A stretch of DNA of 64,000 nt from Deferribacterales bacterium. GTDB lineage: Bacteria > Chrysiogenota > Deferribacteres > Deferribacterales > Geovibrionaceae. A program made the position numbers and the translations under genes. This document shows, in pieces, positions 59,116 to 64,000 of the stretch (position 1 is the first letter of the stretch; each line of letters starts with the position of its first letter). The notes beneath the pieces are model-generated. The model was given only the letters and a program-made list of their open reading frames with translations, made no database searches and was not told where the DNA came from. Location: the NCBI GenBank assembly GCA_050253075.1, contig JBFWJS010000001.1:1-64000 (forward strand), given 5' to 3'.

Positions 59116-60074
59116 TTTAAGGTTATGCCCGCTTTAGCGGCAGCCTCCTTTATGTGATGTATGAATATCTGCCTAACGGCAGGTTTATCTCCGAGTCCTT
59201 CGAGCACAGGCTTAACGTCATAGCCCGCTTTGCCGAGCACAACTTTCCACGAGTCGTCCTCGTCACCAGCCATGTCGTTGTTTGCGTGGTCGCCCGCTAC
59301 TATCATCAGCGGTTTTATAAGCACCTTTTTGTTTCCGTATACTGCGAGCTTGTCCATCACGACATCGATATCGGGCAGTCCTTCCACAAGCCCGACAGCC
59401 ACAGGCACGTCATACATCCTGTTCATCACTATCTCCAGTTCATAGTATACACCCTGAGCCATGTGTTCGTTACCGTGACCCATATATACGAGAACTCTCC
59501 CCTCTTCCTTCGCAGCTTTAACATCGTCTGCGAGAGCCTTTGCGAGGGTCTCTACGTATTCCGTGTGCTCTATCGTCCCCGTGAGCGGTTTGCCCAGTGC
59601 GAGAGCGTTAAAAGGAGAGAACTTCGCCTTAAATGTGCGTATGGACTGAAGCCCTCGTACATAAGACATAAGGTCGTGGAATTCCTCGCCGTTTGCCACA
59701 TGTGTGGACTGGACGACGATATCTCTATAGCCTTCATTCTGGAGGTCGCCTATGACCCCGAGTATATTCTTAACTGTATAAAGCTCCGCAGGTACATTCG
59801 GATGCTCTTTCTTATATTCAGCGTCCCCTGCTCTTTTGTTCCATATCTTTCTGATTATGTTTGAAGTGAAGGCGAGCCTTACTTCTGTTTCCGGAAAGGC
59901 TTTTTCCGCATCCTCTTTGATGGCAAGGATGGAGTGAAGTGTCTGCTCATAGGTAGTACCGAAAGCAGTGATAACTATTGCTGTTTTGTCGCCCATTTTA
60001 AAATCCTCTGATGCATGGCCCACCCCTGTCAAAAGGAGTACTAATACCAATACGAATGACGAAAATCTCATCAT
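59112..60074 (-). CDS. cbiK: Sirohydrochlorin cobaltochelatase with a signal peptide (periplasmic CbiK)
   Basis: FGTT, AFTS..IR, MGHG and AGDHANNDM catalytic His motifs; N-terminal signal peptide MMRFSSFVLVLVLLLTGVGHA. Confidence 0.92.
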   Translation of the reverse strand: MMRFSSFVLVLVLLLTGVGHASEDFKMGDKTAIVITAFGTTYEQTLHSILAIKEDAEKAFPETEVRLAFTSNIIRKIWNKRAGDAEYKKEHPNVPAELYTVKNILGVIGDLQNEGYRDIVVQSTHVANGEEFHDLMSYVRGLQSIRTFKAKFSPFNALALGKPLTGTIEHTEYVETLAKALADDVKAAKEEGRVLVYMGHGNEHMAQGVYYELEIVMNRMYDVPVAVGLVEGLPDIDVVMDKLAVYGNKKVLIKPLMIVAGDHANNDMAGDEDDSWKVVLGKAGYDVKPVLEGLGDKPAVRQIFIHHIKEAAAKAGITLK

Positions 60075-60156
60075 TTCCTCCTATTAAATTGTTGGGTGAA
60101 CTTATAAAGAGTTGTATAGAACAGGAACCTCTATCCTCGTAAAGTATATCAGCAGA

Positions 60157-60325
60157 TCAGATATCCTGACTTCCGGCTTAGTATAGCAGCTTGCCTACTC
60201 CTGCGCCTTCCCATTTAATTGCGGCAGAATGCCTCAAATAGTGGCTGTTGCAGTTTCGTTCCGGTTACAGTAGCGGGACTGTTTTGGATTTTCACCAAAT
60301 TCCCTGAATTTGCCTACACCCTTCA
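60157..60325 (-). promoter_or_regulatory. Cobalamin riboswitch
   Basis: Minus strand reads AGGGAA-TTTGGTGAAAATCCAAA-ACAGTCCCGCTACTGTAA...GCCACT...GGGAAGG...AAGTCAGGATATCTG (B12 box), upstream of cbiK. Ends are approximate. Confidence 0.92.
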
Positions 60326-60373
60326 TGTATTTCACCTCAAAATGCAACAGCAGTCAACATCAAAAAAGATAAC

Positions 60374-60403
60374 TTGACCCTGAATATTCTTTCCACTTAC
60401 TAT
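60374..60403 (+). promoter_or_regulatory. Sigma70-type promoter of the cbiD operon
   Basis: TTGACC (60374-60379), 18-nt spacer, TACTAT (60398-60403). Confidence 0.5.
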
Positions 60404-60410
60404 TGTCTAT

Positions 60411-61385
60411 ATGAGAAAGGGATTTACAACGGGCACCGCAGCATCAGCCGCGGCAAAGGCTCACGCAGTATACATCCAGACAGGCACAGCGCCCGAAAGC
60501 GTGGACATAATGCTCCCCTCGGGGGACGAGCTGACCATACCCGTGCACCTCTGCGGTGAAGACGGCGCATGCATCATAAAAGACGCAGGGGACGACCCCG
60601 ACATCACACACGGGGCAGAGATATGGGCCTTCGTAAACCCTGACGGTTCAGGCGTTATAAAAGTTACAGGCGGGAAAGGCATCGGCACAGTGACAAAGGC
60701 AGGGCTGCAGGTCGGCATAGGATCACCCGCCATAAACCCCGTGCCCATGCAGATGATAAAGTCGAGCGTCGCACAGACGGGGCTGACATCATGCACCGTC
60801 ACCATATCCGTGCCAAAGGGCGAAGAGCTCGCAAAGGAAACATTCAACAGCCGTATCGGCATAGTCGGAGGCATCTCCATCATAGGAACCACGGGGATAG
60901 TCGAGCCGATGAGCATAGAGGCTCTCACCGCTACGATAGCATGTGAGATAGACGTACAGGCCGAAAACGGCGCAGAGCATATATACCTTGTCCCCGGCAA
61001 AATAGGCGAAAAGCACCTGCACAGACTCATCCCCGATGCTCACGGCGTCATCATGAGCAACTACGCAGGATTCGCCATAGAACACGCACTTAAAAAGGGG
61101 ATAAAAAGCATCACCCTTGCAGGACATCCCGGGAAACTTGCCAAAATTGCAATGGGCTTCTATAATACCCACTCGAAACACTCTCCGATGGCTCAGGACT
61201 ACATAGCCCGCTTATTAGAGCTGAAGGGAGAGTTCAACACCGTAGAGGAGATATGCGCCATAGCGCAGATGGACGCCGTAGCCGAGGCTATAGGTGCGAA
61301 AATACTCGCAGACCATCCGCTTGAGCACGTATCTGTGATATTATTTGATATGGGCGGTGAGTTAAAGGGGAGAAGAGATGGCTGA
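60411..61385 (+). CDS. cbiD: Cobalt-precorrin-5B C1-methyltransferase
   Basis: GFTTGT, KDAGDDPDITHG, AINPVP, GIVGGISIIGTTG, GHPGK. Confidence 0.95.
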   Translation: MRKGFTTGTAASAAAKAHAVYIQTGTAPESVDIMLPSGDELTIPVHLCGEDGACIIKDAGDDPDITHGAEIWAFVNPDGSGVIKVTGGKGIGTVTKAGLQVGIGSPAINPVPMQMIKSSVAQTGLTSCTVTISVPKGEELAKETFNSRIGIVGGISIIGTTGIVEPMSIEALTATIACEIDVQAENGAEHIYLVPGKIGEKHLHRLIPDAHGVIMSNYAGFAIEHALKKGIKSITLAGHPGKLAKIAMGFYNTHSKHSPMAQDYIARLLELKGEFNTVEEICAIAQMDAVAEAIGAKILADHPLEHVSVILFDMGGELKGRRDG

Positions 61386-61980
61386 TATTAAGATTGTATC
61401 TATGGGGCCCGGATGTATAAACCACCTCACATGGGAGGCGGTACAGGCGCTTTACTGCGCAGATGTCATGATAGGCGCAAAGAAATATACCGAGATATAC
61501 CCCGAGTATGGAATACTCGTACCCGAACCGCTGATATCGGGAACGATAGAGCTGATTAAGGAAAATATCGATAAAAAGATAGCCGTGCTGGTGACAGGCG
61601 ATGCGGGCTTTTACAGCCTGGGCAAAGCCGTGATAAAAGAGTTCGGCTGTAACGGCGTGACGGTAATCCCGGGCGTCAGCATTGTGCAGTTTGCCTTTGC
61701 ACAGCTGTGCGAACCGTGGGAGGATGCGCAGTTCGTATCGCTCCACGGGCGTGACGAAGAGCTCCCCGAGCTGACGGATAAGTTCATGGTGCTTTGCGAT
61801 AATAAAAACACTGCAAACGTCATAACACATAAGCTGATGCACATGATAAGCACCCATGACATATACGCCATGGAAGACCTGAGCATGAACGGCGAAAAGA
61901 TAACACACATAAAAACAGAAGAAGATATAAACAGCCTGAACGGCAGCTCGCTGGGCGTTGTGATAGGCATACGGAGATAA
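61378..61980 (+). CDS. cbiE: Cobalt-precorrin-7 C5-methyltransferase
   Basis: MGPG, TGDAGFYS, IPGVSIVQ, SLHGR. Confidence 0.9.
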   Translation: MADIKIVSMGPGCINHLTWEAVQALYCADVMIGAKKYTEIYPEYGILVPEPLISGTIELIKENIDKKIAVLVTGDAGFYSLGKAVIKEFGCNGVTVIPGVSIVQFAFAQLCEPWEDAQFVSLHGRDEELPELTDKFMVLCDNKNTANVITHKLMHMISTHDIYAMEDLSMNGEKITHIKTEEDINSLNGSSLGVVIGIRR

Positions 61981-61981
61981 G

Positions 61982-62737
61982 ATGAGCGATGTCTATTTCA
62001 TCGGGGCAGGCCCCGGTGACCCTGAGCTGATTACGCTGAAAGCGGTGAACCGCATAAAAGAGTGCAGATGCGTCATCTACGCAGGGAGCCTCGTTTCAAA
62101 AGATATACTGACACACTGCCGTGAGGATGCAGAGATACACGACTCCGCATCTATGGATCTCGGCGGGATAATCGAAACCATAAAAAATACCCACGCAAAA
62201 GGCGAGAAAACAGCCAGACTGCACACGGGCGACCCGAGTCTCTACGGTGCAATAAAGGAACAGATGATAGAGCTGGATAAGCTGGGCATCACATACGAAG
62301 TGATCCCGGGGATAACGGCACTGTTTGCCGCTGCCGCTGCTCTTCAGACAGAGCTGACAGCCCCCGAGCAGTCGCAGACAGTCATCATCAGCCGTATCGA
62401 AGGGCGTACTCCCGTCCCCGACGACGAGCGCATAGAGCTCCTTTCCAAGCACGGCGGGACATTCGCTTTTTATCTGTCTGTAAACAGACTGGGCGACGTC
62501 CTCGACAGATTCAGGGCAAACGGATGGGGAGAGGACACCCCCATGGCGATAGTCTATAGAGCGAGCTGGGAGGATGAAAAGATACTCCGAGGCACATTCG
62601 CAGACATAGAGCAGAAATTCGCCGTAGCAGACATAAACAAACACGCACTGATCATCATAGGCAAGGCACTCTCCGACACTCTGGAGAAATACAGCAAGCT
62701 GTACGACAAGGATTTCTCCCATGACTACCGCAAATGA
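61982..62737 (+). CDS. cbiF: Cobalt-precorrin-4 C11-methyltransferase
   Basis: GAGPGDPELIT, YAGSLV, RLHTGDPSLYGA, SKLYD. Confidence 0.95.
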   Translation: MSDVYFIGAGPGDPELITLKAVNRIKECRCVIYAGSLVSKDILTHCREDAEIHDSASMDLGGIIETIKNTHAKGEKTARLHTGDPSLYGAIKEQMIELDKLGITYEVIPGITALFAAAAALQTELTAPEQSQTVIISRIEGRTPVPDDERIELLSKHGGTFAFYLSVNRLGDVLDRFRANGWGEDTPMAIVYRASWEDEKILRGTFADIEQKFAVADINKHALIIIGKALSDTLEKYSKLYDKDFSHDYRK

Positions 62738-63494
62738 TACCGCTGTCATAGCCGTCACCGAAAAGGGCTTAGCCCTTGCAAAGTCGGTGAATGCGGAGAT
62801 ACCCTCAGACCTCTATTACCCCGAAAAGCTCGGCGGGAACTATGCATCCGTCGCAGACTGCTTCATCGAACTGTTTAATAACTATAAAAATATCGTTGCA
62901 ATCATGGCACAGGGGATAGTCACCCGCATGATAGCACCCCACATAAAAAGTAAATACACAGACCCCGCCATAGTCACCTGCGACGAGGTGGGCAGGTTCG
63001 CCATAAGCACCCTGTCGGGGCACGAAGGGGGCGCAAATGTCCTCGCACATATGGTGGCTAGCATCACAGGGGCAGACCCTGTCATCACCACCGCCACAGA
63101 GGCAAACCGCACATGCATACTCGGCATCGGATGCCGTAAGGACACTCCGAAGGATGAGATAATCGAAGCAGTGCGTAACGGATGCGCCGATGCAGGGATA
63201 ACCCTCGAAGACATCCGCCTGATGGCATCTGCATGGGTAAAAAAGAATGAACAGGGGATACTGGAAGCATCAAAAGAGCTCGGTCTCTACCTCCGCTTCC
63301 TCCCCGAGAGATACTATAAAAACGAAAACTATAACTTCACCCCGCAGGAAGCGCCCATGAAGCACTTCGGCATACCAGCAGTGGCAGAACCCTCTGCGAT
63401 ACTGGCGGGGGTGAACCCGAGGCTGATACTGCAAAGGCAGACCTACGGGAACGTGACCATAGCAATAGCGAAAGAGGAATTGGCAAATGACTGA
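62721..63494 (+). CDS. cbiG: Cobalt-precorrin-5A hydrolase
   Basis: MAQGIV, DPAIV, SGHEGGAN, VITTAT, GIGCR, VAEPSA. Confidence 0.92.
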   Translation: MTTANDTAVIAVTEKGLALAKSVNAEIPSDLYYPEKLGGNYASVADCFIELFNNYKNIVAIMAQGIVTRMIAPHIKSKYTDPAIVTCDEVGRFAISTLSGHEGGANVLAHMVASITGADPVITTATEANRTCILGIGCRKDTPKDEIIEAVRNGCADAGITLEDIRLMASAWVKKNEQGILEASKELGLYLRFLPERYYKNENYNFTPQEAPMKHFGIPAVAEPSAILAGVNPRLILQRQTYGNVTIAIAKEELAND

Positions 63495-64000
63495 TAAAGG
63501 CAGGCTTTACGTCGTGGGCAACGGCCCGGGCGATATATCGCTCACCAGCCCGAAGGCGAAGGAAGCCATAGAAACAGCAGACATCATATGCGGATACGAG
63601 CCCTATGTGGAGCAGATAAAGGCTCTCATCCCCGACGGAACAGAGATATTCACCAACGGAATGACAGGCGAGATGGAGCGTGTGCAAAAGGCTGTGGACG
63701 AATGCGCAAAAGGGCGCATAGTCGCACTTGTATGCGGAGGCGACGCATCCCTTTATTCGATGGCATCGCTGGCATACGAGCTGACAAACGATGTGGACAC
63801 CGTGGAGATAATCCCCGGGATAACATCCGCACTATCAGCCTCTGCAAAGCTCGGTGCGCCCGTATCGGACGATCTGGTGCTGATATCCATGAGTGACCTG
63901 CTCACCCCGTGGGAGCTTATCAAAAAGCGCATAGATGCCATAAACATAGGCGATTTCGTCTGTGCGGTGTATAACCCACGCAGTAAGAAGCGCACGGCAC
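63487..64000 (+). CDS. cbiH: Cobalt-precorrin-3B C17-methyltransferase (partial; runs off the window edge)
   Basis: Hand translation from ATG 63487: MTDKGRLYVVGNGPGD...GGDASLYSMA...IPGITSA...GAP...SMSDLLTPW...YNPRSKKR. Not in the ORF track because it has no stop in the window. Confidence 0.92.
   Translation, partial: MTDKGRLYVVGNGPGDISLTSPKAKEAIETADIICGYEPYVEQIKALIPDGTEIFTNGMTGEMERVQKAVDECAKGRIVALVCGGDASLYSMASLAYELTNDVDTVEIIPGITSALSASAKLGAPVSDDLVLISMSDLLTPWELIKKRIDAINIGDFVCAVYNPRSKKRTA

Noticed and set aside
1..64000. CRISPR arrays, rRNA, tRNA, transposases, integrases or prophage genes
   Set aside because: None seen by eye. The only tRNA-like sequence is the tRNA-like domain of tmRNA.

Overview
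Bacterial chromosomal window of moderate GC, probably from an anaerobically respiring Gram-negative organism. The gene content would fit Deferribacterota or a deltaproteobacterium-like lineage, but this is inference only. In order, it contains: a respiratory cluster (partial cytochrome c, outer-membrane beta-barrel, monoheme cytochrome, TAT-exported TorA/BisC-type molybdoenzyme, ColR/ColS-like two-component system); tmRNA followed by an AT-rich orphan gene; panE; glnK-amtB; a cytochrome P460 with a two-component system; thiME; several oxidoreductases; an octaheme cytochrome with a peroxiredoxin-like gene and TetR; a two-partner secretion pair; a REP/MITE-like element; a degenerate MocR regulator; a TorD-like gene; an ELWxxDGT lipoprotein; a HesB/IscA-like gene with an in-frame UGA (probable selenoprotein, missing from the ORF track); a Fe-S protein; cstA; a MalT-like regulator; a diguanylate cyclase; lgt; hybrid kinases; a DAHP synthase; and a cobalamin locus. 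The strongest leads are four. (1) A B12-riboswitch operon that combines a periplasmic CbiK chelatase, an ABC-2 exporter, a BtuCDF-type importer and CobA, possibly an export-metallate-reimport cobalt capture loop. (2) The UGA-recoded HesB-like protein. (3) A shared GGTTAA-N5-GGTTAA box linking the response regulator to the porin-cytochrome genes. (4) A multi-hairpin leader that could sequester the RBS of the cytochrome P460 gene. All family calls are from motif recognition by eye; no searches were run.
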